Below are positions 20,653 through 30,818 of a stretch of DNA of 64,000 nucleotides, piece after piece. The DNA lies in NCBI GenBank assembly GCA_963662315.1, contig OY759353.1, positions 4,352,001 through 4,416,000 on the forward strand, read 5' to 3'. Origin of the DNA: Geopsychrobacteraceae bacterium. Its GTDB lineage: Bacteria > Desulfobacterota > Desulfuromonadia > Desulfuromonadales > Geopsychrobacteraceae. Each line of letters begins with the position of its first letter. The stretch's first letter is position 1. The notes beneath the pieces were generated by a model. The model was given only the letters and a program-made list of their open reading frames with translations. It did not search any database and had not been told where the DNA came from. A program made the position numbers and the translations under genes.

Positions 20653-23085
20653 TTATTTTAGGTTAAAAGCAATTTTATACACTTCGGGATACTCCTTGAC
20701 GAAATGAACTTCAATTCCTTCACGGAGGTATGCCGGTAAATCTTCATAGTCCTTGCGGTTGTCGTTGGGGAAGATGAGAGTTTTCAATCCTGCCCGGCGT
20801 GCCGCTATGGTTTTTTCCTTGACGCCGCCGATCGGCAGAACCCGTCCGGTTAATGACAATTCCCCAGTCATACCCAGCTTGTTACGCACCGGTTTCTTCA
20901 AAATCATCGACAACAGGGCCGTGGTCATGGTAATCCCGGCCGACGGTCCATCCTTGGGGGTGGCTCCGGCAGGGACGTGCAGGTGGATGAAGTGGTTGTC
21001 AAAATAGTCTTCATCGATCTTGTATTCGTTGACATGGCCCATCGTATAGGAATAGGCGATCTCGGAACTTTCGATCATAACCTTGCCCAGCTGCCCGGTC
21101 TGTTTAAAGCCTTTTCCCTTGCTACGCATGGCAGTGGCTTCGATCTGCAACGTGGCTCCGCCCATGCGGGTCCAGGCCAGACCGGTAACGACGCCGTGCG
21201 AACCGGTGATCAGTTCTTCATCGGCAAAGACCGGCTTGCTGAGGAATGTCTCAACATCCTTTTTGGTGACGGTCAGTTTGTCTTCACGTCCTTCAGCAAA
21301 TTGAATGGTTGCTTTTCGCATGATTTTCTTGATCTTGTTTTCCAGGCCACGCACCCCGGCTTCACGCGCATAATGATCGATAATGTCTTCCAGCGCAGTT
21401 TTCTGAATACTGACCTGGGTCTTTTTCAGGCCGTGGTTTTCCAGGGCTTTCGGTACCAGGTACCGTTTTGCGATTTCAAGTTTTTCCTCAAGGATGTAAC
21501 CGGACAGGCGAATGACTTCCATCCTGTCGAGCAATGGTGCCGGAATCGTATCGAGCTGATTCGCCGTAGCGATAAACAGGACATTGGACAGATCAAAGGG
21601 GACATCGAGATAATGGTCCCGGAAGCTGCCGTTCTGTTCCGGGTCGAGAACTTCCAGCAGCGCGGAGGCCGGGTCCCCCTGGAACGAGGCGCCGATCTTG
21701 TCGATTTCATCCAGCATCAGAACCGGGTTGGCGGTGCCGGCACTCTTCATGGCCTGGATAGCTTTGCCGGGCATCGCGCCGATATAGGTCCGGCGGTGCC
21801 CCTTGATTTCCGCTTCATCGCGCATGCCACCGACAGAAAAACGGTAGAATTTACGCTTGAGGGCATCGGCAATACTTTTACCGATGGATGTCTTACCGAC
21901 CCCGGGAGGCCCGACCAGGCACAGGATGGAACCGGAAATGTCACCTTTCATTTTGCCAACAGCGACAAATTCGAGGATCCGCTCTTTGACATCTTCAAGG
22001 CCGTAATGATCGCGGTCGAGGACCCGACGGGCGCGCTTGAGGTCGTAGGAATCTTTGCTGAATTTGCCCCAGGGGAGAACCGTCAGCCAGTCCAGGTAAT
22101 TACGACTGACCGTGTATTCGGGAGACGATGGCTCAATCAGTTGCAGTTTCTGGATTTCTTCATCAACGGCCTTTTGAGCTTCGTCGTTGAGTGTCAGGCT
22201 TTTCAGGCGTTGCTGAAACTTTTCGATCTCAGAAGTCTTGCCTTCTTTTTCCAGCCCCAGCTCTTTTTTAATCGCCTTGAACTGTTCTCGTAAGAAAAAC
22301 TCACGCTGCTGCTTGGAAATCTTTTCTTCGATCTGCTGGGATATTTTGGTCTGCAGACGTGAAACTTCCAGTTCCTTTTTCAGCAGAACCAGAACTTTAT
22401 CGATACGCCGGTGCAGGTCAAAGGTCTCCAGCACTTCCTGCAGTTCGTAACCATCGGCGTTGGTCAGGTTGGCCGCAAAGTCACTTAAACGGGCCGGGTC
22501 GTCCATGCTGGAACGGCCAAGGAACAGCTTGATTTCCTCGGAATAAAGGGGGTTGATCTGAACCAGTTCCTTCAGCGTGGAGATGATCGCCATGGAGTAG
22601 GCTTTCAGCTCCGGATCACTGGCCAGACCCTGATTGAAGAAGTACGAAACATCGGCAAAAATGACGCCATTGATTTCGCTGACATCATCAATGCTGAACC
22701 GTTCCAGACTGTTGACCAGAATATGGGCGCTGTTGTCATCCGTATGAATCAGTTTCAGGATTTTTGCCGCAACACCAACGCGCTGCAGGTTGGTCGTGGA
22801 GTCTTCATCTTCAAGTTCCTGGACCATAACCAACCCGATGGCCTGGGAGTCCGTTTCCATCGCCTGTTTAATGGTGCGGACGCGTGCTTCACCGTTAACG
22901 GTCAGCGGGATGATGACGCCAGGAAAGGCCGGACGGGGACGCAACGGAATAATCGGCAGTCGGGCCGGCAGGACATCCCGTGCCAGAACCAGACCATCAT
23001 CCGGTACCGGTTGGACATCCGCGTCGGTTTCAACTTCTATTTCATATTCGATCGATTCGTCATGATCTTCAAAATTATCGTGCAT
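20653..23085 (-). CDS. lon: ATP-dependent protease La
   Basis: Walker A GPPGVGKTS, GHRRTYIGAMPG, LDEIDK, PKDGPSAG (Ser), GGVKEK (Lys). Confidence 0.97.
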   Translation of the reverse strand: MHDNFEDHDESIEYEIEVETDADVQPVPDDGLVLARDVLPARLPIIPLRPRPAFPGVIIPLTVNGEARVRTIKQAMETDSQAIGLVMVQELEDEDSTTNLQRVGVAAKILKLIHTDDNSAHILVNSLERFSIDDVSEINGVIFADVSYFFNQGLASDPELKAYSMAIISTLKELVQINPLYSEEIKLFLGRSSMDDPARLSDFAANLTNADGYELQEVLETFDLHRRIDKVLVLLKKELEVSRLQTKISQQIEEKISKQQREFFLREQFKAIKKELGLEKEGKTSEIEKFQQRLKSLTLNDEAQKAVDEEIQKLQLIEPSSPEYTVSRNYLDWLTVLPWGKFSKDSYDLKRARRVLDRDHYGLEDVKERILEFVAVGKMKGDISGSILCLVGPPGVGKTSIGKSIADALKRKFYRFSVGGMRDEAEIKGHRRTYIGAMPGKAIQAMKSAGTANPVLMLDEIDKIGASFQGDPASALLEVLDPEQNGSFRDHYLDVPFDLSNVLFIATANQLDTIPAPLLDRMEVIRLSGYILEEKLEIAKRYLVPKALENHGLKKTQVSIQKTALEDIIDHYAREAGVRGLENKIKKIMRKATIQFAEGREDKLTVTKKDVETFLSKPVFADEELITGSHGVVTGLAWTRMGGATLQIEATAMRSKGKGFKQTGQLGKVMIESSEIAYSYTMGHVNEYKIDEDYFDNHFIHLHVPAGATPKDGPSAGITMTTALLSMILKKPVRNKLGMTGELSLTGRVLPIGGVKEKTIAARRAGLKTLIFPNDNRKDYEDLPAYLREGIEVHFVKEYPEVYKIAFNLK

Positions 23086-23551
23086 GTTGTTTTCCTCCGA
23101 TGAAGTAAGAGGTGAATGAGGTCATTACAAATAATTTCAGTTCGGAAACGGTGCTTTTCCGCAATCTCTGCGTCAATCTGTGTCTTTAATCTTGCGAAAA
23201 AAAATTCGTTTCCAAATCAGAAACAACTTCGTTGCCCGCGAAATTTTCAGATAGCAACTGAATAATGTCCCTCCGGTACATTAATCGCTCAGTATCCTCT
23301 GTAAACGCCGGTCATATGCGGGAAATTTTAAGTGCACATGGGAATGGTTGCCAGAAGATTCCGCTACGGTGGCTGGCTTGTTTCCGGAAGGGAATATAAC
23401 CATAGCAAAAGATTAATAATATCGGAGTTAACTTGTCAAGATTGGAGTGTCGTTAAGGTACAGTTCTTTTTGCGCGACACGGGGCTTTTACTTTGGAGCC
23501 GGGTATGGAATAATCCTGCCACTCATTTAAAGTTGAAAGGTTGATGATTTT

Positions 23552-26233
23552 ATGACGGTACAGAAAGAACAGGTCTATCTGGTTGACGGTTCATCCTATA
23601 TCTATCGTGCTTATTTTGCCATCCGGCATCTGTCGAACTCCAAAGGCGAGGCGACCAATGCCGTATATGGTTTTACCAATATGCTGCTGAACCTGCTGCG
23701 CGATCGGCACCCTGATCATATCGCAGTCATCTTTGACAGTAAAGGCCCGACTTTCCGTAAAGATCTCTATTCTGACTATAAAGCCAACCGCGCCGCCATG
23801 CCCGAGGATCTGGTCCCGCAGATTCCGCTGATCAAGGATGTCGTCCGGGCGTTCAATCTGCCGGCTCTGGAGCTGCCAGGCTACGAGGCGGACGATATTA
23901 TTGCCACATTGGCGAAGCGTTACGTCGCCGAAGGGTTTCACGTCACGGTGGTCACCGGTGACAAAGACCTGATGCAGATTGTGTGTGACGATGTGCAACT
24001 GCTTGATACCATGAAGGGGAAGGTCTCCGGCCGTGCCGAGGTTATTGAGCGCTTTGGGGTGCCCCCGGAGCAGGTTCTCGAAGTGTTGGGGCTGGCGGGG
24101 GATACTTCCGATAATATTCCAGGGGTGCCTGGCATTGGTGAGAAAACCGCCAGTGCGCTGATCCAGGAGTTCGGTGATATTGAAAACCTGCTCGCCAATA
24201 TCGATAAGGTCAAAGGTAAAAAACGCCAGGAAAATCTACGCGAGTTTGCTGATCAGGCACGGCTGTCGAGGCAGCTGGCTGATCTGGTCTATGATCTCGA
24301 TATTGAGGTGACGGCTGACGATATTGCCGTCGGGGAGCCGAATCGCGCCGCGCTGGAAGAGCTGTTCCGGACCCTGGAATTCCATAAATTGCAGCAGGAA
24401 TTTACTGCGGAAAAGCCAACCGTCAAGGCCGAGAGCACTTACTTCACCGTTACCACCGAGGCTGATTTTGATCAGTTGATTCGGACTCTTAAAGACGCCG
24501 GAACCTTTGCTTTTGATACGGAAACCACCAGCCTCAACGCGGTTCAGGCCGAGCTGGTCGGATTGTCGTTTGCGGTTCAGGCCCACGAAGCCTGGTACAT
24601 CCCGGTTGGTCACCGATACCTGGGGGTGCCTGATCAATTGCCATTGGAGTTGGTGCTGAGCAAGCTTAAACCGCTGCTCGAAGATCCTGACCTGGGCAAG
24701 ATCGGCCAGAATATCAAATACGATGCCCTGGTGCTGCGCAATGCCGGTATTGAGCTGGCTGGCATTAAGGTCGATACCATGGTGCTGTCATATATTCTGT
24801 ACCCCGAAGCCAAATCCCATGGGCTCGACGCCTTGGCCCTGGAGCATCTGAATCACCGCATGATCCCTTATTCCGAAATGACCGGAAGCGGGAAAAATCA
24901 GATCTGTTTTTCCGAGGTCGAAGTTGAAAGAGCCGTTCAATATGCCGCAGAAGATGCCGATATCACCTGGCGACTGGCCGAAAAACTGTTGGCTGAGTTA
25001 CCGGAAGGGGAACTGGCCGATCTTTTTTACCAGGTGGAAATGCCGCTGGTTGACGTGCTGATCCGCATGGAATGGAGTGGAATCCGTATTGATGCCGGCT
25101 TTCTTGACGGACTCTCCGGTCAGATGGGTGAAAAGCTCACGGTTCTCGAAAAAGAGATTCATACGCTGGCTGGCGGTCCGTTCAATATCAATTCACCCAA
25201 ACAACTTGGTGAGGTGCTGTTCGAAAAACTCAGTCTGCCCAAAGGCAAAAAGACCAAGACCGGCTGGTCAACCAATGTGGAGGTGTTGACCGCGCTGGCG
25301 GATGAGCATGAGATCGCCAGGAAGATCCTTGAGTATCGCTCCATCGGTAAGCTGAAGAACACCTATAGTGATGCCCTGCCCAAGTTGATTAATCCGACGA
25401 CCGGACGTCTGCATACGTCGTTCAACCAAACAGTGACCGCAACCGGGCGCTTATCTTCGAGCGATCCCAACCTGCAGAATATCCCGATCCGTACCGCTGA
25501 AGGGCGGCGTATCCGTGAAGCCTTTATCCCGTGTGAAGGCTGGACGCTGTTGTCTGCCGACTATTCCCAGGTTGAACTGCGGGTAATGGCCCACATGGCA
25601 GATGTCCCAGCACTGAAAGAAAGTTTTGCCGCCGGTGAGGATATTCACAAGCGCACCGCCAGCGAAATTTTCAACGTTTTCCCCGAGCTGGTAACCGATG
25701 AAATGCGCCGCCAGGCCAAAACCATCAACTTTGGTGTTTTGTATGGTATGGGTGCATTCAGTCTGGGCAAAGATCTGGGGATCAGCCGTTCTGAAGCGCA
25801 GCAGTTTATCGATAACTATTTCGAGCGTTACCCGGCTGTTCTGCACTACCTGGAAGCGAAGAAAGAAGAGGCCAGGGAGCATCAGTACGTAAAAACCCTG
25901 CTGGGACGGCACTGCGTCATTCCGGAAATCAGCAGTAAAAACGGTGCGGTGCGCAGTTACGCCGAACGCAATGCCATCAATTACCCGATCCAAGGCAGCG
26001 CGGCCGATATCATCAAGGTGGCGATGGTGAATATTGATCGCAAACTCCGCGAAGCAGGACTGCAAACCCGCATGCTGCTGCAGGTGCACGATGAACTTGT
26101 CTTTGAAACCCCCGGCGAAGAAGTGGACCAGGTATGTGAGCTGATCCGAGCCGAGATGGAAGGGGCTGTTGCGATGGATCTGCCTCTGAAGGTTGAACTG
26201 GGGGCCGGAAACAACTGGGCCGAAGCCCACTAG
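23552..26233 (+). CDS. polA: DNA polymerase I
   Basis: 5'-3' exonuclease (LVDGSSYIYRA, YEADD), 3'-5' exonuclease (FDTETT), polymerase motifs DYSQVELR, KTINFG..YG, QVHDEL. Confidence 0.98.
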   Translation: MTVQKEQVYLVDGSSYIYRAYFAIRHLSNSKGEATNAVYGFTNMLLNLLRDRHPDHIAVIFDSKGPTFRKDLYSDYKANRAAMPEDLVPQIPLIKDVVRAFNLPALELPGYEADDIIATLAKRYVAEGFHVTVVTGDKDLMQIVCDDVQLLDTMKGKVSGRAEVIERFGVPPEQVLEVLGLAGDTSDNIPGVPGIGEKTASALIQEFGDIENLLANIDKVKGKKRQENLREFADQARLSRQLADLVYDLDIEVTADDIAVGEPNRAALEELFRTLEFHKLQQEFTAEKPTVKAESTYFTVTTEADFDQLIRTLKDAGTFAFDTETTSLNAVQAELVGLSFAVQAHEAWYIPVGHRYLGVPDQLPLELVLSKLKPLLEDPDLGKIGQNIKYDALVLRNAGIELAGIKVDTMVLSYILYPEAKSHGLDALALEHLNHRMIPYSEMTGSGKNQICFSEVEVERAVQYAAEDADITWRLAEKLLAELPEGELADLFYQVEMPLVDVLIRMEWSGIRIDAGFLDGLSGQMGEKLTVLEKEIHTLAGGPFNINSPKQLGEVLFEKLSLPKGKKTKTGWSTNVEVLTALADEHEIARKILEYRSIGKLKNTYSDALPKLINPTTGRLHTSFNQTVTATGRLSSSDPNLQNIPIRTAEGRRIREAFIPCEGWTLLSADYSQVELRVMAHMADVPALKESFAAGEDIHKRTASEIFNVFPELVTDEMRRQAKTINFGVLYGMGAFSLGKDLGISRSEAQQFIDNYFERYPAVLHYLEAKKEEAREHQYVKTLLGRHCVIPEISSKNGAVRSYAERNAINYPIQGSAADIIKVAMVNIDRKLREAGLQTRMLLQVHDELVFETPGEEVDQVCELIRAEMEGAVAMDLPLKVELGAGNNWAEAH

Positions 26234-26373
26234 TTTCGGTCCGCAAGCGGCCCTTTTCCGCCGGGATAAATTTGATAGCGAAGTAGATATTTTCAGCAAT
26301 GAGGCTGGTCAACAACGGACAGGCGCCTGAGCCTGTCCCTTCTTATTTTCTTAAATAGTGAGCAAAACAGAAC

Positions 26374-27678
26374 ATGAAACGTGAACACTGGAGTTCTTCC
26401 TTCGGCTTTTTTGTCTCCTGCGTCGGCTGTGCCATCGGTCTGGGTAACATCTGGCTGTTTCCCTGGCGGCTGAGTCACTATGGCAGCATCAGCTTTCTGA
26501 TCCCCTATGTTCTTTTCTCTTTCGGACTGGTGGTCTTTGGCCTTATGAGTGAGCTGGCTTTCGGACGTTTCTTTCAGGGGGGGACGATGAAGGCGTTTGA
26601 AGCTGCATTCAGTGGCAGAAGGGGAGTGGTGGCGCGTTTGCTGGGGGGCTTCCAGATTGTGGCCCAAAGTGGCATAACCGTCTTTTATCTGATTGTCATG
26701 GGCTGGATTCTCAGATACCTGTGGCTCGCTTTGAGTGGCGATCTGCTGCAGATTGATCCGCCAGCCGACTTCAGCGCATTCAGCGGCCATTGGGATGTGG
26801 TTCCCTGGCATCTGGCCAATCTGCTCATCACCGGCGGGATTGTTTATTTCGGTATCGAAAAAGGGGTTGAAAAGGCCAATAAGTGGGCCATCAGCGGGCT
26901 GTTTATTATCTTTATCGTGTTGATTGTCAATACCCTGACCCTGCCCGGAGCCATGGCTGGCATTGTCGAATTTATGCAGCCCAAATGGCATTTGCTCAAG
27001 TCTTCGGAGCTCTGGATCATGGCTCTGGGGCAAAGCTTTTTTACCGTGTCGTTAGGGGGGATGCTGATTTACGGCAGCTATCTGAAACAAGACACGGACA
27101 TACCGAAATTCTCTTATCTGATTGTTATCACCAATATGGTCGCCAGCTTGCTGGCCGCGTTTATCATTATTCCGGCCGGGGCCGCTTTCGGTATTTCGCC
27201 GGATAAAGGACCGGGGCTGCTGTTTATAAATATGCCCTATGTTTTCCAGCGCATGGCGGGAGGGCACTTTTTCAGTTTCGTATTTTTCTTCAGTGTCTTT
27301 TTAGCCGGTCTTTCCTCCGCTATCAATCTCATGGAGATTCCGACCGAAGCCCTGATGCATCAGTTCCGTCTCTCACGCCGGCGGGCAACCCTGGTGGTGA
27401 TTGCCGTGGCGTTTGCGCTGGGGCTGCCGCTGGCTGTCGATATGGGGCGCTTCGGAGCTTTTGTCGATCTGATCACCATTTACCTCTATCCTCTCGGAGT
27501 GCTGCTCATCGTGCTGGTTGCCCAGTGGGTATGGGGAGCTGAGAACGCCTTGCGGGCTATCAATCTGGGCAGCGCCTATCCGGTTGGTCCGTTTATTCGT
27601 GGATTGCTTAAATATGTTTTTGTGCTGGTCTGCCTGGGTATTTTGGTTCTCAATATTTATTTTGGCGGGATTGGCTAA
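26374..27678 (+). CDS. Sodium-dependent transporter, NSS/SNF family
   Basis: REHWSS..GF....GCAIGLGNIW.FP, ALGQSFFTVS, GPGLLFI.MP. Confidence 0.9.
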   Translation: MKREHWSSSFGFFVSCVGCAIGLGNIWLFPWRLSHYGSISFLIPYVLFSFGLVVFGLMSELAFGRFFQGGTMKAFEAAFSGRRGVVARLLGGFQIVAQSGITVFYLIVMGWILRYLWLALSGDLLQIDPPADFSAFSGHWDVVPWHLANLLITGGIVYFGIEKGVEKANKWAISGLFIIFIVLIVNTLTLPGAMAGIVEFMQPKWHLLKSSELWIMALGQSFFTVSLGGMLIYGSYLKQDTDIPKFSYLIVITNMVASLLAAFIIIPAGAAFGISPDKGPGLLFINMPYVFQRMAGGHFFSFVFFFSVFLAGLSSAINLMEIPTEALMHQFRLSRRRATLVVIAVAFALGLPLAVDMGRFGAFVDLITIYLYPLGVLLIVLVAQWVWGAENALRAINLGSAYPVGPFIRGLLKYVFVLVCLGILVLNIYFGGIG

Positions 27679-27925
27679 GGGCAAACTGGTGAAACATCCC
27701 GGCTGCTGATTGTGGCTTATTGTCAAGGAAGTCCTTGAGGCATTGACTTACTTATTTGCCTGTTCATTGTAGGGATGCTTGTTGATGGTTTTTGTTGGAA
27801 TCAAACTGTCTATCACGCGTACGGTTTTTTCAGGATATTGTCAGAATTTTGATATTATATTGAAAATTGAAACAGAAGGAAACTGTAGCCGTGTTATAAC
27901 ACGGTCAATATCAGGTATATTACAT

Positions 27926-27934
27926 GTTATGTGC
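27926..27934 (+). other. Core site at the 5' boundary of cassette 1 (attI-like or residual attC)
   Basis: GTTATGTGC is the exact reverse complement of GCACATAAC (28303-28311) at the far end of the same gene, as expected for an integrated cassette. Confidence 0.55.
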
Positions 27935-28327
27935 ATGAATTATAAAACCATACATATCTTCATAATTTTTGTGCTGCTGCAGACAGTTATTGCCGGTCCG
28001 GCTTTCGCTAAGAGACCATTTAATAATTACCGCGATAAAATTGATATTGATGGAATCGAATATTCAGCATCATACAAAGACGAGTTTATGTTTCATACGA
28101 CCTTCATTGAGGCTAAGAAAATAAGCAATAATAAAATACTATGGAAAAAGAAAATATATAAAACCTTTATGAACCCATTTTCGGAGCATGATGTCCAGTG
28201 GGTGTTGATTAAAAATATATATCAAGACAATAATATGCTAGTTATCAAGAATGAAGATGGCAATTTTTTCAAGCTAAACTTTATACAGAAATCAATAGAG
28301 GCGCACATAACGAATAAGGATAGATAG
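27935..28327 (+). CDS. Secreted hypothetical protein (cassette 1)
   Basis: AT-rich ORF with signal peptide ending AFA-KR; starts just after the GTT core site and ends inside attC. Confidence 0.7.
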   Translation: MNYKTIHIFIIFVLLQTVIAGPAFAKRPFNNYRDKIDIDGIEYSASYKDEFMFHTTFIEAKKISNNKILWKKKIYKTFMNPFSEHDVQWVLIKNIYQDNNMLVIKNEDGNFFKLNFIQKSIEAHITNKDR

Positions 28328-28365
28328 CGCGAGGGACGAGCCGCGATCTTATCTTGTGGTTCAAG
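28305..28365 (+). other. Integron attC site (short type)
   Basis: ACATAAC-GAATAAG-GATAGAT-AGCGCG-AGGGACGAGC-CGCG-ATCTTATC-TTGTG-GTTCAAG: AAC...GTT bounded imperfect palindrome between two same-strand genes. Confidence 0.7.
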
Positions 28366-28384
28366 GAATAATTGGAGGGGAAAA

Positions 28385-28861
28385 TTGATCGCCTTTCGTG
28401 CAGTTCAGGAAAAAGACATTCCTCAAATTTGCGAATTTCCGCAAAGCAAAGAGGAACTTTTCTTCCTTTCCCCGAAAGCATCATTTCCACTCTCGAAAGA
28501 AGAATTCAAAAACATAATTGCAGAACGCCACAATCCAACGGTAGTCACAAAAAATGGAAAAGTGGTCGGTTTTGCGAGCCTTTATAAAATTGAAGAAAAC
28601 AGAAAATGTTTCATCGGAAATGTCGTCGTGTCTTCATCGGTTCGCGGTACAGGAATCGGCAGTGCACTAATTGGACACTTGACAAAAATTTCCGTTGAAC
28701 TTTACGGAATTCAAGAAATACATTTATCGTGCTTCAATAGCAATATTGGTGGTTTATTGCTCTACTCGAAAATGGGTTTCAATCCATATAAAATCGAAGA
28801 ACGCACCAACTACAACAATGAAAAAGTTGCCTTAATTCACATGAAACGAAAAGCAACCTAA
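28385..28861 (+). CDS. GNAT N-acetyltransferase (cassette 2)
   Basis: V....RGTGIGSALI motif A, LYSKMGF; GGAGGGG RBS; stop codon lies within an ACCTAAC R''-like box. Confidence 0.85.
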   Translation: MIAFRAVQEKDIPQICEFPQSKEELFFLSPKASFPLSKEEFKNIIAERHNPTVVTKNGKVVGFASLYKIEENRKCFIGNVVVSSSVRGTGIGSALIGHLTKISVELYGIQEIHLSCFNSNIGGLLLYSKMGFNPYKIEERTNYNNEKVALIHMKRKAT

Positions 28862-29106
28862 CGCTTATCAGGCCCCCGGCCGTCAAGGGTAAAGGATAGT
28901 GTTAACGTAAAAGATTCACCTTTTCGTTCTTTGATAAGCGACTGATCTACTAAGCATCCATCCGGTTTCTGACTTGGGCTTTTCAACGGGCTGCAGTCAC
29001 GATCCTGCTCCCCAACACTTATCAAGACTCTTTAAACAGAAGTCGGACCGTTGGTTGCCTCCTGGTCTTCTGCCACCTGGAAACACGTACGGACCTTGAT
29101 GCCGTT

Positions 29107-29591
29107 CCAGTCAAAACCGCCGGGTCCCGGCCCGGCAGCCGGATTCATTTTTTCCAGCGATGAAAAAACGAATCAAAAAAATCTTTGAAGGTCAAGATAA
29201 CTGACGATAGCTGTGTTGGGTTACGGTTAAAGATTTCCAGGTGCAATTAACCGGCAGCCCACGCTGCTGTTGCAGCTAATGGGCAAGGGTGTTAGTTGGT
29301 GCGGAATGCCGTGGGATTATCGGTATTCGTTTTTAAATCCATTATCCATCAATAATGCGGTTCTGGCCATCAGGCGCGTATTGCGCCGTCGGCCGGCGGG
29401 TTAGATGCGAGCTGTTCCTTTGGAGAGACGAAGCCCAAGTACGGACCCTTTAAAGAAGGGCGTTTTGTGCTTACTATTTGTCGCCCGCTTGGGACAAATA
29501 GTAAGGCGTCGTGCGAGGCGCAACCTCGCGACCTTGCTTGTTTCATTTCAATCATAAAAGATAACACCACCGGGTCCCGGCCTGCCAGCCG
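29107..29591. repeat. Structured long repeat unit 1 plus the start of a next unit
   Basis: CGGGTCCCGG recurs at 29121 and 29571 (450 bp period); the whole unit aligns by eye with 31680-32090. Confidence 0.9.
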
Positions 29592-29923
29592 TTACCAGAT
29601 GCCGCGCGGGAATATCGTCCCGCAAGAGAGACAGATCTCCCCGGATAAGAACGTGATCTGTCACTGCTTGGGCCGCAGTATTTACCAAGGTATCGTGAAT
29701 CTGTGGGACTTCTCCATGGTGTGCTGACTTGCCCGGATACCCGGCCTTATATACTGTTTCTGTTCGTCGGCTCACAGCTTTGCACTCGGGCTTCCTCCAG
29801 ACCTCTCCTCACGGAGACGCCCTTGCCGTCGGCTAGTACTTTAATGACATCACACATGTGTGATGCTAGGATTCTACGTACAGGGAACTTTACCCCATAA
29901 GATCACCCCCATGCCGGGCGTAC
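29592..29923 (-). mobile_element. 5' fragment (domain I region) of a class IIC-attC group II intron, no RT ORF
   Basis: Minus strand reads TTGT|GTACGCCCGGCATGG...GCAAGGGCGTC...GGAAGCCCGAG.GCAAA...GAAC..AAAC...TCTTATCCGGGGAGATCTG, matching IIC 5' end motifs; inserted in the bottom strand of an attC after TTGT. Confidence 0.8.
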
Positions 29924-30024
29924 ACAACAGAATCAACACGGACGGAAAATAGCTGCGCAAATATTCGTAAACTTCGGGGGTAAGTGGCCTTTCACATCGC
30001 CGCCGGTTATGCAAGACGTTAAGA
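29924..30024 (+). other. Integron attC site interrupted at R'' by the intron
   Basis: ACAACAGA-AT(C)AAC(A)CGG(A)CGG ... CCGCCGGTTAT-GCAAGAC-GTTAAGA: arms pair leaving three unpaired bases (G,T,T on the bottom strand), the canonical attC pattern. Confidence 0.85.
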
Positions 30025-30131
30025 AATAGGCATTTCCTACCAAAACACCTCTTTTCCGTCCTCGAATGACTTGACTTGGCGGCACTACCACTTATAATCA
30101 TTTTCTAATTAAAAAATCAGAGGGGGCTAAA

Positions 30132-30797
30132 ATGTCAAAGTTGAAAAATTTCACTATATTGTTGTTATTAACCAGCACCACTGGGCTATCAGCTTGTGCA
30201 CAAAAAGCAAAATTAACAGAATTTCCATCCTGCGAAGGTAAAGCCTGTACTCAAATTGCTCAGCAAATTGAATGGCCAGAGCCCATCGAAGATAGTGTAT
30301 TCACAGTAGCAGTCGAAAATTACGTCTTCAAACTCCCATCGATGCCTGAAAAAGCCATTAAACACTGGGGAGAAGATGTTAGTTTCGTATGTGAGGATGG
30401 AAGCATATTCACCTTTAATCTGGAAACTCGGTACTCACTAACACCAGAATTAAATATCCCAGAAACTAGTAACTACAGTGTTGCTGATTCTGCTGAAATG
30501 ACATTTACAAAAACCATAAACGACACCCCTCCTAACAATCCCAATGACCTATGGATCTGGAGGCAAGCTCTATTCCTCAAAACTATGGCCTTCCAAAACG
30601 GAAATCCAATATATACCGCCACAAAGGGTCCCTTAACCATCTATATCTGGGAAAATACATCAACGTTCACTGGAAACTCTATGTCGGCTTATATTTTTGA
30701 CGCCAACAGTCGGAAAAGTTATGCCCGAATCTACGCTAAATATACATCTTTCGAAAATTTTAAAAGAATCATGGCTGCTGTTGAACTGAAGCAATAA
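30132..30797 (+). CDS. Hypothetical lipoprotein (cassette 3, gene 1)
   Basis: Lipobox LSAC, GAGGGG RBS, AT-rich, first gene after attC. Confidence 0.75.
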   Translation: MSKLKNFTILLLLTSTTGLSACAQKAKLTEFPSCEGKACTQIAQQIEWPEPIEDSVFTVAVENYVFKLPSMPEKAIKHWGEDVSFVCEDGSIFTFNLETRYSLTPELNIPETSNYSVADSAEMTFTKTINDTPPNNPNDLWIWRQALFLKTMAFQNGNPIYTATKGPLTIYIWENTSTFTGNSMSAYIFDANSRKSYARIYAKYTSFENFKRIMAAVELKQ

Positions 30798-30818
30798 CAA
30801 CATAAAGGAGGGGATATA

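Noticed and set aside
20977..22293. 438 aa plus-strand ORF and similar long ORFs (8935-9792, 17797-18507, 25451-26299, 42826-43500)
   Set aside because: Antisense shadows of lon, topA, trpS, polA and glgP.
23086..23551. Small gene or ncRNA between lon and polA
   Set aside because: Only short interrupted frames and no recognisable RNA motif; best explained as a divergent promoter region.
27679..27925. Integron integrase upstream of the first cassette
   Set aside because: Only about 250 bp separate the NSS transporter from the cassette, and no tyrosine recombinase motifs were seen.
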